Part shown: in pieces, positions 54,036 through 64,000 of the stretch
Position numbering within the stretch: position 1 is the first letter of the stretch
Layout: each line of letters begins with the position of its first letter
Source: Gammaproteobacteria bacterium
Lineage (GTDB): Bacteria > Pseudomonadota > Gammaproteobacteria > BTQY01
Direction: 5' to 3'
Length of the DNA: 64,000 bases
NCBI GenBank assembly: GCA_036986115.1
Contig: BTQY01000006.1
Location: 150 to 64,149, forward strand
Notes under the pieces: model-generated
Database searches by the model: none
The model's input: only the letters and a program-made list of their open reading frames with translations
What the model was told of the DNA's origin: nothing
Made by a program: the position numbers and the translations under genes

Positions 54036-55394
54036 TTAATTCTCGCTGGATTCATGTCCGGATTCATGTCCGGATTTACTCCCTGATTTATTCCGGGATT
54101 TACCGCCGGATTTATCGCCGGATTTATCATGGCCCCGTTGCCGGGTCCTGACCATGGCGTTGCGTTCTGCGTCACTCACCTCCTGAAAGGTGGTCCACCA
54201 TGCTGCCAGTTCAGCCACGTCCTCGCCTGATTTCTCACGTAACAACAAGAAATCATAGGCAGCCCGGAAACGCTGATGTTGCAGCAAACGCAGTGGTCTT
54301 TTTCCCCATGTGCGAGTTAGTCGTTCCTGCATGCTCCATATTTCCCGCATCGGGATGCTGAAACGCTTGGGTATTGAAATTTGTTGTACTTGTTGTGAAG
54401 TGATCTCGCTGCCAGTGACCAGATATGCCTGCAACTGCGTCATGTCTTCCTGTTGAAGCAGTTGCTGCCTGGCTTCAGACACAGCGGGCCACAACAACAC
54501 GGCAAACAGAAAAGCCGGAGTAATGGGTTTGCCTTCTTCGACACGTTTATCAGTATTCCTGAGGCCATGCGTTATTAATTCAGCAGCCATCTCAAAGTCG
54601 TCATGGTCCAGGATATTATCTGTTGCTGGAAACAGGTACCTGAACAGGCCATAGTGCCGCAACATTTCAAATGTCTGTAACGCCAGCCCGCTCTGAAATA
54701 ATTTTAAAACTTCTTCATACAGTCGCGCCGGGGGTATGCCTGCCAGCAGGTGGGCCAGTTCAAAGACAGGTTTCTCGGAATCTTCATGTATGCGGAACCC
54801 CAGTTTAACCGCGAAACGCACTGCTCGTAACATGCGCACCGGGTCTTCATGATATCGGGTCATCGGGTCACCGATTAAACGCAGCAGACCGGCCTGAATA
54901 TCAACCATGCCATTGACATGGTCCACCACTGAAAAGTTCTTGATATCATAGTACAGTGCGTTGACAGTAAAATCACGCCGCCAGGCATCTTCATCGAGTG
55001 AACCGAAGACGTTGTCACGTAATATCCGGCCTTCCTCGATATGATGTTGATCGTCATCTTCTCCGTCGGTGCTGCCACGAAACGTCGCCACCTCGATAAT
55101 CTCACCACGAAAATGCACATGGGCAAGACGGAAGCGTCGCCCGATCAGGCGGCAATTTCTGAATAATTGATGGATTTCCTCGGGAGTGGCATTGGTAGCA
55201 ATGTCGAAATCCTTGGGCAGACGCCCCAACAGCAGATCTCTGACAGCACCACCGACAAGGTAACTCTCGTAACCGGCTTTTTTCAGGCGATATAACACCT
55301 TGAGCGCATTCTCACTGATATGATCCCGTGAAATAGAGTGCTCAGAACGGGGGATGATCCGTACGCCATGACTGGAGGGGCTTGCTTCCTTCAA
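54036..55394 (-). CDS. pcnB: poly(A) polymerase I with a low-complexity (KSGx)n C-terminal tail
   Basis: Nucleotidyltransferase GGAVRDLLLGRLPKDFDIAT; C-terminal tail encoded by about 7 tandem 12-nt TCCGGATTTATC-like repeats at 54040-54135. Confidence 0.9.
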   Translation of the reverse strand: MKEASPSSHGVRIIPRSEHSISRDHISENALKVLYRLKKAGYESYLVGGAVRDLLLGRLPKDFDIATNATPEEIHQLFRNCRLIGRRFRLAHVHFRGEIIEVATFRGSTDGEDDDQHHIEEGRILRDNVFGSLDEDAWRRDFTVNALYYDIKNFSVVDHVNGMVDIQAGLLRLIGDPMTRYHEDPVRMLRAVRFAVKLGFRIHEDSEKPVFELAHLLAGIPPARLYEEVLKLFQSGLALQTFEMLRHYGLFRYLFPATDNILDHDDFEMAAELITHGLRNTDKRVEEGKPITPAFLFAVLLWPAVSEARQQLLQQEDMTQLQAYLVTGSEITSQQVQQISIPKRFSIPMREIWSMQERLTRTWGKRPLRLLQHQRFRAAYDFLLLREKSGEDVAELAAWWTTFQEVSDAERNAMVRTRQRGHDKSGDKSGGKSRNKSGSKSGHESGHESSEN

Positions 55395-55481
55395 TGCTGC
55401 TGTCCAATTGTATTTGCGAGAATGTAACGTCGGCGTATAATAGCACCGTGTTGGTGTTTAGCTAAACCCCGCCATTCCCAT

Positions 55482-55557
55482 GCTCCCTTCGTCTAGTGGT
55501 CCAGGACGCTGGCCTCTCACGCCGGTAACAGGGGTTCGACCCCCCTAGGGAGCGCCA
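55482..55557 (+). tRNA. tRNA-Glu (anticodon CUC), CCA encoded
   Basis: GCTCCCTTCGTCTAGTGGTCCAGGACGCTGGCCTCTCACGCCGGTAACAGGGGTTCGACCCCCCTAGGGAGCGCCA closely follows the E. coli tRNA-Glu architecture with CTC in the anticodon loop. Confidence 0.85.
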
Positions 55558-55734
55558 ATTCCCCTTTCAACCTTCCCGTCTAATATTGGCAATGACGCAT
55601 TCGACACATACGGGATTGCCCTAATTGTGATATGCCGCGCAAAAACTTACCATTATTCTTGCCTGCATGCAGCAGCAAACAGGGGTATATCCCTGTTTGC
55701 CTGGAAAATCTGTCATCAGGTAACGATCAAGACT

Positions 55735-56163
55735 ATGGATACCTCCACTATTGAGCCGTTAATCCTGGTCGCCATTAATGTTACAGGAAAGTGCATGGAA
55801 CACAGACTGAGCTTTGCCGATGCCATCATTCATTCTGATGGGATACTGGAGATCATTACAGATGCCGATATGGAGCTTTCAGAGACTGACGTCAAGGAGA
55901 TCCAGTCGATGGTGCATGATCAAACGGAGGCAAGTTGCGGCATCCTGCTAAATAACAAAAACAGCTTTTCCCTGGCATTCGAGGCGATACAGGCGCTGCG
56001 TAAGATGCAAAATACTTATGCCATTGCCACACTGGACAGGTCTGATATTGGCTGTAAAATGTGGAAACTCATCGTACCAAAAGATAGTCGTTATCTGGTA
56101 AACACATTTGCCGACCGCGACAAGGCACTTGACTGGTTACGCAGTCAATCAGACGCCAGCTGA
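55735..56163 (+). CDS. hypothetical 142-aa protein next to tRNA-Glu (no family recognised)
   Basis: ORF begins MDTSTIEPLILVAINV...; lower GC than neighbours. Confidence 0.4.
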   Translation: MDTSTIEPLILVAINVTGKCMEHRLSFADAIIHSDGILEIITDADMELSETDVKEIQSMVHDQTEASCGILLNNKNSFSLAFEAIQALRKMQNTYAIATLDRSDIGCKMWKLIVPKDSRYLVNTFADRDKALDWLRSQSDAS

Positions 56164-56168
56164 CAGAC

Positions 56169-59100
56169 TCAGGCCGTAGTAACCACCACGGGTTTCTTTC
56201 CCAGGCGCAGCAAGCTGGGTAATAGTATCAGTGTGAACACCGTACTGACCGACATGCCGCCGACGATCACGGCGGCCAGTCCCCGGTAAAGTTCCGTCCC
56301 GGTCCCCGGTATCAACAATAATGGCAACATACCAAATATACTGGTCAATGTACTCATCAATATTGGACGAAGCCGGACGCGCACCGCCAGTTCCACCGCA
56401 TCACGGCGGGACAGCCCCCGTCTTTCACTGGCCCGAGTCTGGTACACCAGCAGGATGGCATTATTCACCACCAGGCCGAGCAGGATAATAAAGCCGATCA
56501 TTGTCAGCAGGTCCATCGGCTGGAATGATGCCGGTAGTCCCGCCAGTGGTGCGATGCTCCGCAGAAAAAAATCGGTTATCAACAATGCGATGACCCCACC
56601 CACCGTGGCCAATGGCAAGGCCAGTATCACCAGGACACTATCGAGAAAGGATCGAAACAGTGCGCTCATCAACAGATATAATATGATCACCGCCAGAATA
56701 AAACTTTCACTCATGCTGCTCAGGGCCATCTCCAATTTATCCGCGGTACCGCTATAACGGATTTCACCATCGGCTGATAACATATTGCTTACCGTGGGTT
56801 CGACTTTTGTCTTCAGGATCTCCAGCCCTTCTTCCAGCGACATCCCCTCGGGCAGTTTCACCTGCAAGGTAACGGTACGGCGTCGATCCAGTCGGCGCAC
56901 CTCGTTGGGTCCGGCCGTACGTACCACATCGACCAGCTCACTGAGCGGCAATATGCCACTGGGAGTGGCCAGCGGAATTGCGGCCAGCTCTTCCGGCGTC
57001 TGCCAGGGTTCGGTCCGCACAATAATGTCCAGACGTTGTTCGCCATCAAAGTAGTCCCCGATATACAGGCCCTGCCCCAACGCCCGGATGACCTGGGCCA
57101 TGGTCTTGCGGTCCCAACCCGCCTCGGCAATGCGTCGTTCATTTGGCACCAGTCGCAGCTCAGGGGCCGCCAACTGCAGGCCCGGAAAGGGCCGTACGCG
57201 CGCACCGGGTATTGCCTGCTGCAAACGAACAAAGGCTACCTGCGCCGCCTTCAACAAGGTCTCCAGATTGCGCCCCTGGATATTCATATCGATACTGCGA
57301 CCGCCGCCAAAGCCACCGAACAGTGACGCCTTGAAGGCAAATGCAATGGTGTCAGGAAATCCACCCACGGTGTTATTGATGATGGGGACCAACTCGCCAA
57401 CACGATTCGGATCCCTGGTGACTGCCCCCATAAACACGCCTTGTGGAAAGGCAACAAAGAAATAATGTTCCACCTCAGGTTCTTTCTCGCCAGCCAGATA
57501 GGGCGCCATGTCATCCACAATCACCTGACCCATTTCCCGCTCTATGGCATTGATGCTCATCCCCGGCGGCGGATTAATAAAGGTAAATACCAGGTTACGG
57601 TTACCTTCCGGCAGGTAATCTGCATTGGGCCGCAGCAACAGTGTTAATGTCAGTGATATGAATACCAGTCCGACAATCCAGGCATAACGCCGCGCGGGGG
57701 TATCGGTCAGCAGCATAATCTTGCCGGTAATGCTGTCCCACCATTTTTCATGCGGGTCATGCAGATCCAGTTTTGCCAGCCACTGGCTGGCGGCCGTGGG
57801 TACTATGGTCAATGCCACCACCAGCGAGGCCGCTACGGCCACGGCGATGGTCAGTGCCAGATCGGCAAACAACTGGCCTGCCTCATCCTTCAGAAAGACC
57901 ACCGGTAAAAAGATCGCCACGGTGGTCGCTGTTGACGCGAGCAAAGCGCCCCATACCTGTGATGTCCCCGTCAGGGCCGCCTGCTCAGCCTGCTCGCCAG
58001 ACTCACGCAGACGTACAATATTTTCCAGTACCACAATCGCGGCATCCAGCACCATACCAACGGCAAAGGCAAGCCCGGCCAACGAGATCACATTCAGGGT
58101 GGCACCGCTTGACTTCATCACAATAAACGCCGTCAGTAACGATAGCGGAATCGCCAGCGCGACAATCAGGGTGGCCCGCAGACGCCGCATAAACCACCAC
58201 AACACCCCTACCGCCAGTAAAATACCGAGCAACAGATTGTTACGCAACAATTCTATCGCGCTATAGATGTAAATAGTCTCATCGTAGACCTGATTGATTG
58301 TCAGGTTTGCCCTTTTAAGGGGACCTTCCCTGAGTTCTGTGACCGCCTGCTGCAGACCTTCCATCACCTCCAGCACATTCACTCCGCTCTCGCGGTGTGC
58401 ATTGACCGCGATCGCCAGCCGTCCCTTTGTCAACACGAAATTGGTCCGGTCGACCATACGGCGCTCAACCACGGCAACATCACGCAACAACACCGGACGA
58501 TTGTCTCGCCAGTCGAGGATCAGGTCCCCCAGTTCCCTGGCCGCAAATTTTCCGGCAAAGCGAATCGAGTAACGTCGCTTGCCAACATCCGCCGTACCGG
58601 CAGATACATCTTCATTACCGGCAGCACGTCTGGCCGCCACTGGCAGTTCAATTCCGAGGCTCGCCATCTTGTAGGGATCGAAGCTAATGCGGATCTCCCG
58701 TTCACGTCCGCCAAATACCTCTGATAACGCCACCCCGGGAACCCGCTCAAAACGGGTCTGCACAATTTCCTCGACATAGTCCTTGTAGGTTGCTATGTCC
58801 CTGTCGTTCCCTGCTGCGTTACTGATAATAAACCAGGCTATCGCCCGACTATCCCCACCGACATTACTCAATACCGGTTCCTCAGCATCCTTCGGATACT
58901 GGGGTACACGATTCAGGCGGTTCAGGACTTCCAGCAAGGCCCGCTGGATATCAAAACCCACGACAAACTTGACCGTAATGACACCTCGACCACGTTGCGC
59001 CCTGGAGACAAGCTCCGTCATCCCGGGTAAGCCGCGCAACACCTTTTCCTGCGGCTCAATGATCTCTGCCTCGACTTCTTCCGGGGCAGCAGCACGCCAG

Positions 59101-59249
59101 TTGGTGTTAATGGTGATCTCCGGGACTTCGACTTCGGGAGTCAACTGGACCGGCAGGCGTTGCTGGCTCAGGATACCAAACAACACGACAAGCAAAACGG
59201 CCACTATGGCCGCCACAGGATTGCTGAGTGACAGTCTGGTCAGATTCAC
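56169..59249 (-). CDS. RND-family efflux transporter permease (AcrB/CzcA superfamily)
   Basis: 1026 aa; 12 TM with two large periplasmic loops; operon with the periplasmic adaptor. Confidence 0.9.
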   Translation of the reverse strand: MNLTRLSLSNPVAAIVAVLLVVLFGILSQQRLPVQLTPEVEVPEITINTNWRAAAPEEVEAEIIEPQEKVLRGLPGMTELVSRAQRGRGVITVKFVVGFDIQRALLEVLNRLNRVPQYPKDAEEPVLSNVGGDSRAIAWFIISNAAGNDRDIATYKDYVEEIVQTRFERVPGVALSEVFGGREREIRISFDPYKMASLGIELPVAARRAAGNEDVSAGTADVGKRRYSIRFAGKFAARELGDLILDWRDNRPVLLRDVAVVERRMVDRTNFVLTKGRLAIAVNAHRESGVNVLEVMEGLQQAVTELREGPLKRANLTINQVYDETIYIYSAIELLRNNLLLGILLAVGVLWWFMRRLRATLIVALAIPLSLLTAFIVMKSSGATLNVISLAGLAFAVGMVLDAAIVVLENIVRLRESGEQAEQAALTGTSQVWGALLASTATTVAIFLPVVFLKDEAGQLFADLALTIAVAVAASLVVALTIVPTAASQWLAKLDLHDPHEKWWDSITGKIMLLTDTPARRYAWIVGLVFISLTLTLLLRPNADYLPEGNRNLVFTFINPPPGMSINAIEREMGQVIVDDMAPYLAGEKEPEVEHYFFVAFPQGVFMGAVTRDPNRVGELVPIINNTVGGFPDTIAFAFKASLFGGFGGGRSIDMNIQGRNLETLLKAAQVAFVRLQQAIPGARVRPFPGLQLAAPELRLVPNERRIAEAGWDRKTMAQVIRALGQGLYIGDYFDGEQRLDIIVRTEPWQTPEELAAIPLATPSGILPLSELVDVVRTAGPNEVRRLDRRRTVTLQVKLPEGMSLEEGLEILKTKVEPTVSNMLSADGEIRYSGTADKLEMALSSMSESFILAVIILYLLMSALFRSFLDSVLVILALPLATVGGVIALLITDFFLRSIAPLAGLPASFQPMDLLTMIGFIILLGLVVNNAILLVYQTRASERRGLSRRDAVELAVRVRLRPILMSTLTSIFGMLPLLLIPGTGTELYRGLAAVIVGGMSVSTVFTLILLPSLLRLGKKPVVVTTA

Positions 59250-59411
59250 CTAGGGAACCTCTGATTTATTCTGGACGAAGCAGATTGCATCTAAAATGTT
59301 CAGATTCAAGGCGCGAATCGCACGTAATAGCTGGCTATTGCGAAGGTTCGCAACGCAGAAGCTGGATATTCTAGAGGTGAGATGCAAGTTCATGAATAGA
59401 TCAGAGGTTCC

Positions 59412-60592
59412 CTAATGCTTACCTGCATTTATCCCGGGAAGGATCACCACTGTCTGACCCGCGCGAAGCCGCTCACCACCACGGGTAACCACCCGGTCAC
59501 CGGCCCTGATATCACCGACCACTTCGATATAGATACCTGAGGCAATCCCTGTCCTGACGCCAACCATTTCAGCCTTGTTGTTACTATTGATACGAAACAC
59601 GCGAGTACCTTCCCGCCGCAGCACCAGCGCGTCACGTGGCACTGCAATCACCTTTCGCGACAGCGCTGAGGGTATCGCAACACGCAGAGTCTGACCAGCC
59701 GGCCAGACGGCCCCCTTCAGCAGCAGCCTCAACTCATACAGACGGGAGCGATCGTCACCTACCGGCACTATCGTACGTACTGTCGCTGTGCCCTTCTGTT
59801 CGCCTGACTTCAATAGCAGTTCCATTCCAGGACGGATAAAGCCAAGAGAACTGGCCGGTACCCAGGACTGTACCTCCAGCGTGCTGGTATCCACCAGGCG
59901 CACGACCGATTTACCGCTTTTCGCCCATTCACCGACCTGCATCAAACGTTCAGTAATAACGCCATCAAAAGGTGCCACCAGGCTGGTCCTGGACAGACGT
60001 TCTTTATTAACATTGACCCTTGCCATCGCAGCGCGTCGCTCACTCCGGGCAACAGAGCGATTGGATATCGATTGATCCAGTCTGTTTCTGGCCGCATTGT
60101 TTTTTCTGGCCAGACGACGCAGGCGTTTTACCTCGGCGGTAAAGAAAGTAACCCTGGCCTGTTCCCGTTCCACATCTGCCAGGCTTTCTGCCAGCTCTTC
60201 CTTGATAAGGGTGTCATCAAGTCGGGCCACCACATCCCCCTTCTTCACTACCGTGCCGACCCCGACAACCCTGACTAGCCTGGCTTCCACTTCTGCCGCC
60301 AGACGGGCATCTTCAACGCTGATGACCGTGCCGGAAAACCATGCAACAGGAGCGAGTTCCTTTTCCTGCGCATCGGCAACCACCACCTTGGCCGCAGGGG
60401 GCCCCTTGGGGACGGCAGCAGGCACCTGGCCCACAAGCACCACCGGCAGAAGTAATGCAGCGCATAGTTTGAACAGATTTCTCGGTAACACAGGTCGTCC
60501 TTTATTATTTAGAATATTGCGGTTTAATGATAATAACAGCACAGGCAGGTAAACTAGCGGGAAATCAGCCTGTGAGCAAGCCATGATCATGT
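59412..60592 (-). CDS. RND efflux periplasmic adaptor (membrane fusion protein); start codon uncertain
   Basis: HlyD-like lipoyl/beta-barrel regions (GTVISVEDARLAAEVEARL...); signal-like LLLPVVLVGQVPAA. Confidence 0.8.
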
Positions 60593-60650
60593 AAACTCGG
60601 CTTTTGCCAATAATGCGACACAACATAATCAGCCGACAGGTATACAGAGC

Positions 60651-61139
60651 GTGAATAAAAACCACAGTTCAGGGCCCGAAGATACCCTGAATAAAAAAGG
60701 GCTTAGCGAAGCGGCAACTGAAACAAATGTCACCCATTGCAGCCTGTGGCGTCGACTGGCCGCGATAGCCTATGACTTGTTGTTACTCATCGCTATCTTA
60801 TTCGTTGCCACGATTCCATTGGTGGCCATCAACCGCGGACACAGTATTGTCGAGGGCGATCCGCTATTCACCCTCTACCTGACTGTTGTAATATTTCTAT
60901 TCTATGGCTGGTTCTGGACACACGGTGGACAGACCCTGGGAATGCGTACCTGGCGAGTAAAGGTCCAGACCCGTGATGGCAAGACGCTTACATGGGGCCA
61001 GGCCTTTGTCAGGTTCATTGCTGCCGCAGTCTCCTGGCTGGTCTTTGGCCTGGGTTTTGTCTGGTCTTTATTTGATAAAGACAAACTGACCTGGCACGAC
61101 CGCTTCTCGGAGACCGAGCTTATAGTCTTGCCAAAATAA
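60651..61139 (+). CDS. RDD-family membrane protein
   Basis: RRLAAIAYDLLLLIAILFVATIPL...; 3 TM; small size. Confidence 0.6.
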   Translation: MNKNHSSGPEDTLNKKGLSEAATETNVTHCSLWRRLAAIAYDLLLLIAILFVATIPLVAINRGHSIVEGDPLFTLYLTVVIFLFYGWFWTHGGQTLGMRTWRVKVQTRDGKTLTWGQAFVRFIAAAVSWLVFGLGFVWSLFDKDKLTWHDRFSETELIVLPK

Positions 61140-61183
61140 AAGAAATAGACAGTCGCCTCTGACGTCTTGTAAAGCAAAAACAC

Positions 61184-61396
61184 TACCACGGGGGACACGG
61201 GGTAAGATTATATTCATTGCGGGACAGGGTTGTTAACCATAGAATTCCCCGTGTCTTCCTGGTGTTCCCCGTGGTTTGGTTGGTTATTTGGGGTCAGGGT
61301 TATTTGGGGACACTGGGTAAGATTATATTCACTGCGGGACAGGGTTGTTAGCCATAGAATTCCCCGTGTCTTCCCGGTGTTCCCCGTGGTTTGGGT
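61184..61396. repeat. tandem duplication (two copies of about 115 bp) of GGTAAGATTATATTCAYTGCGGGACAGGGTTGTTARCCATAGAATTCCCCGTGTCTTCCYGGTGTTCCCCGTGGTTTGG
   Basis: Copy 1 at 61201-61278 and copy 2 at 61316-61394 differ at 3 positions; shares the CCCCGTGTCTTCCCGGTGTTCCCCGTGG arm with the 33511-33660 element. Confidence 0.8.
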
Positions 61397-61408
61397 TGAT
61401 AAGCAGGG

Positions 61409-62476
61409 TCAGTAAACCCGCCGCATCATTATCACGGCAATAACGAGGAATACCAGTGATGGTGCCAGTGCGCTCATGACTGGATTGAGATCGTAGACCA
61501 CCCCAAGATTACTGAAACCCTTGTTAATGATATTAAAGCCAATACCAAATAACGTGCCCACCAGGATCCTTGCACCAATACCCACTGAGCGTAGCGGTCC
61601 GAATACAAACGGTGCTGCCAGAAATATCATCACCGCCATTGAGATAGGTGCAAAAATTTTAGTCCAGTAGGCCAGTTGGAACTTCTCAGCTGTTTGTCCG
61701 TTACTTTTCAGGTAATTGATGTATTGATACAAGTTCCATATCGACATATGTTCAGGTCGAACGATGACCGCATCCAGTAACCCGGGATCAAGTAACGTGT
61801 CTTCCAGTACCGCCCTTGCTACCCGTTGGCTCTTCACTCCCTGTGAAGTAATGCGACTCTGAACGATATCCTGCAGTATCCATTTGTCATCCTCATAGCT
61901 GGCACGTTTGGCATAGGTCGAAATCCGTAACCGATGCTGGTCATCAAATTCATAGATATAGATATCAGCGATATCACCACCATACTTGATGTCCCTGATA
62001 TTGATATAACTGATTCCGTCTCGTGCCCAGAAACCGTATTTGGTTTGCAGGGTGATTTGATCCGATATCTTTACCGAGCGCCGGTTCTCTGCTGCCTTTT
62101 CTGTAAAGGGTGCAATTATTTCTCCTATCAAGACCACCACCACAAGCATCAGGACGCCAACCTTCATCAGGGAACCGACAATGCGCATCAGTGATACACC
62201 CGATGCACGCATGACGGTCAGTTCACTGTTACTCGCCATTAATCCGAGTCCAACGATTGAACCAAGCAAGGCCGCCATCGGGAAAAAGGTATATATACGT
62301 TTTGGCAAGCTCAGGAAAAGGTATATAAACACCTCGGTCATGTTGTACTGTCCCTGACCGACTTCATCCAGTTCCCTGAGTAATGCCAGAAACAAGTCAA
62401 AGGCCAGCAATATACTGATGGCCGCCAGGATACTGATAGCAACCACCTTGCCAATATAGCGATCAAGAATCTTCAC
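61409..62476 (-). CDS. lptG: LPS export ABC transporter permease LptG
   Basis: MKILDRYIGKVV N-terminus; 6 TM with periplasmic beta-jellyroll; downstream of lptF with 4-bp overlap. Confidence 0.9.
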   Translation of the reverse strand: MKILDRYIGKVVAISILAAISILLAFDLFLALLRELDEVGQGQYNMTEVFIYLFLSLPKRIYTFFPMAALLGSIVGLGLMASNSELTVMRASGVSLMRIVGSLMKVGVLMLVVVVLIGEIIAPFTEKAAENRRSVKISDQITLQTKYGFWARDGISYINIRDIKYGGDIADIYIYEFDDQHRLRISTYAKRASYEDDKWILQDIVQSRITSQGVKSQRVARAVLEDTLLDPGLLDAVIVRPEHMSIWNLYQYINYLKSNGQTAEKFQLAYWTKIFAPISMAVMIFLAAPFVFGPLRSVGIGARILVGTLFGIGFNIINKGFSNLGVVYDLNPVMSALAPSLVFLVIAVIMMRRVY

Positions 62477-63660
62477 CGGCCTGTCGCCTTTTTTCCGGGT
62501 AGTCTGGCCATAACACGTTCATGAACCCAGCGAGGCCCCAGCTGAATCACCAATACGGTAATTGCGACAATGAACAACAACAGGTGGACCCACCAGATGC
62601 CAATAAATTCGGGCACTGCCGAGGTCTTTACCATATCCCTGGCCACCAGCATCAGATTGTTGTACACAATATAAATAAGAATGGCGACAAACAATCTCGC
62701 ATATCGCCCTTCCCGCGGAGACAGTCGGCTAATCGGTAACGCCATCAGTGCAAGTAGCAAGACCGACAATGGCATGGAAATTCGCCACTGTAGCTCTGCT
62801 ACCTCGCGTTTATTTGTGGAAGCCCAGAGATCTGCCGTCGACATCGACTCAATATCCTGTATACCTTGTACCAGTTTCTTTTTCTTGATGATGACCACGT
62901 GCTTTGCGAATTTTATGATCTTGAAGTCGGGTTTGCCCGCCATACCTTCATAACGATAACCATTCTCCATTACCATATACTGGTTACCGCTTTCCGGGTC
63001 GGTATATCGGTTCGCCGTATCAGAAGACAGAACGGTGGGTACGTCACCACTGCGTGACTGCACAAATACATTCTCCATGCGTTTTTGATCACTGGAAAGA
63101 TCTTCCATGTAGATGATCATCCTGCCGTTATTAAATTCCGTAAACTGACCGGCCGCCAGCGAACTGAATTCGGAGGTTTGTTCTGCCTTGTTGCGTATTT
63201 GTTCGTTCATATCCTGTGCCCATGGCCCGGCATACAACGAAATGAACCCCACCAGTATTGCAACCAGGGGAGCAATGATAAATATCCCTTTTAATATTCT
63301 GGTTGGACCAATGCCACATGATGCCAGGGCCACCATTTCACTATCCTTGTACAAGCGTCCCATGCACAACAGTACGGCAAGATAAAAAGAAATTGGTAAT
63401 ACCACCATGGCCTGACTGATTACCTTTAAACCAATCAGAGTAAAAATAATATCGCCCGGAAGTAAACCTGTGGCCACGTCTGCCAGGTAGCGGACAAATC
63501 GATGGCTGGAGAATATCAGTACCATGACGGCGGTCACCCCGAGCAGGGTCAGGAAGGTTTCCTTGAATATGTATCTATAAACGATCAAATTCTTTCCACT
63601 GGTAATAACCGGATAATTTCCGTGCCCATGACATAATCGGTTAACATCGTCGGCTGACAT
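62473..63660 (-). CDS. lptF: LPS export ABC transporter permease LptF (start uncertain)
   Basis: IVYRYIFKETFLTLLGVTAVMVLIF...; divergent from pepA as in E. coli. Confidence 0.85.
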   Translation of the reverse strand: MSADDVNRLCHGHGNYPVITSGKNLIVYRYIFKETFLTLLGVTAVMVLIFSSHRFVRYLADVATGLLPGDIIFTLIGLKVISQAMVVLPISFYLAVLLCMGRLYKDSEMVALASCGIGPTRILKGIFIIAPLVAILVGFISLYAGPWAQDMNEQIRNKAEQTSEFSSLAAGQFTEFNNGRMIIYMEDLSSDQKRMENVFVQSRSGDVPTVLSSDTANRYTDPESGNQYMVMENGYRYEGMAGKPDFKIIKFAKHVVIIKKKKLVQGIQDIESMSTADLWASTNKREVAELQWRISMPLSVLLLALMALPISRLSPREGRYARLFVAILIYIVYNNLMLVARDMVKTSAVPEFIGIWWVHLLLFIVAITVLVIQLGPRWVHERVMARLPGKKATGR

Positions 63661-63815
63661 ATCCAGCCACAAAGGTGTAGACTAGCCATATTCATCCGGT
63701 CGGTATTTGGTATTTTTCTCTATGATATCTCATATGTTAACCCATATGCTAACAATGGAAATAAACCGAAATGACTGCCAGGCATATTCGCATTAGCACA
63801 CATCAGGAGCCACCA

Positions 63816-64000
63816 TGGATTTTCGCATTAAAGCCACCACCACTGTCACCCAGAAATCCGGATGTCTTATTATCGCAGGTTTTGACAATAAAAAACTTTC
63901 CGCAACTGCCGGCAAACTGCCCAGGTCACTGCAGGCCAGCCTGAAGAATGCCTGTCAACAGGGTGATTTCGGTGGAAAACCGGGGGACACCCTGATGATC
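63816..64000 (+). CDS. pepA: leucyl aminopeptidase (N-terminal fragment, continues past the window)
   Basis: MDFRIKATTTVTQKSGCLIIAGF...; position divergent from lptFG. Confidence 0.8.

Overview
This window looks like a chromosomal segment of a gammaproteobacterium with coding density near 90%; most of it is conserved housekeeping synteny. Recognisable blocks are tRNA-Ser|mltF-tadA-guaA-guaB-xseA; der-bamB-yfgM-hisS-ispG-rodZ-pilW-rlmN-ndk; a complete isc operon (iscR-[extra nifS-like]-iscS-iscU-iscA-hscB-hscA-fdx-iscX) flanked by cysE-trmJ/suhB; secF-secD-yajC-tgt-queA; pgi; ppc; panD-panC-panB-[dNK]-folK-pcnB; an RND efflux pair; and lptG-lptF divergent from pepA. There are three tRNAs: Ser-CGA truncated at the window edge, Leu-CAA and Glu-CTC. 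Accessory or unusual content is: (1) an AT-rich two-gene cassette at 8.28-9.59 kb, a KdpD-like 4-TM sensor plus a HisKA_2-like helix with no ATPase domain, translationally coupled to a PP-loop ATP pyrophosphatase; (2) a copper-type cluster at 9.8-15.5 kb with a Tat-exported multicopper oxidase, an unannotated 36-aa membrane peptide, a Met-rich tandem-repeat periplasmic protein, a divergent OmpR/EnvZ-family two-component system with a Met-rich sensor loop, and a Tat-signal protein of unknown function; (3) at least three families of dispersed palindromic/REP-like intergenic repeats; (4) several candidate operators, including a near-consensus IscR box and a perfect 13-bp palindrome upstream of a tandem cNMP-binding-domain gene. 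No CRISPR array, rRNA, prophage or IS element was recognised. All calls are from reading the sequence and ORF translations by eye; no searches were run.
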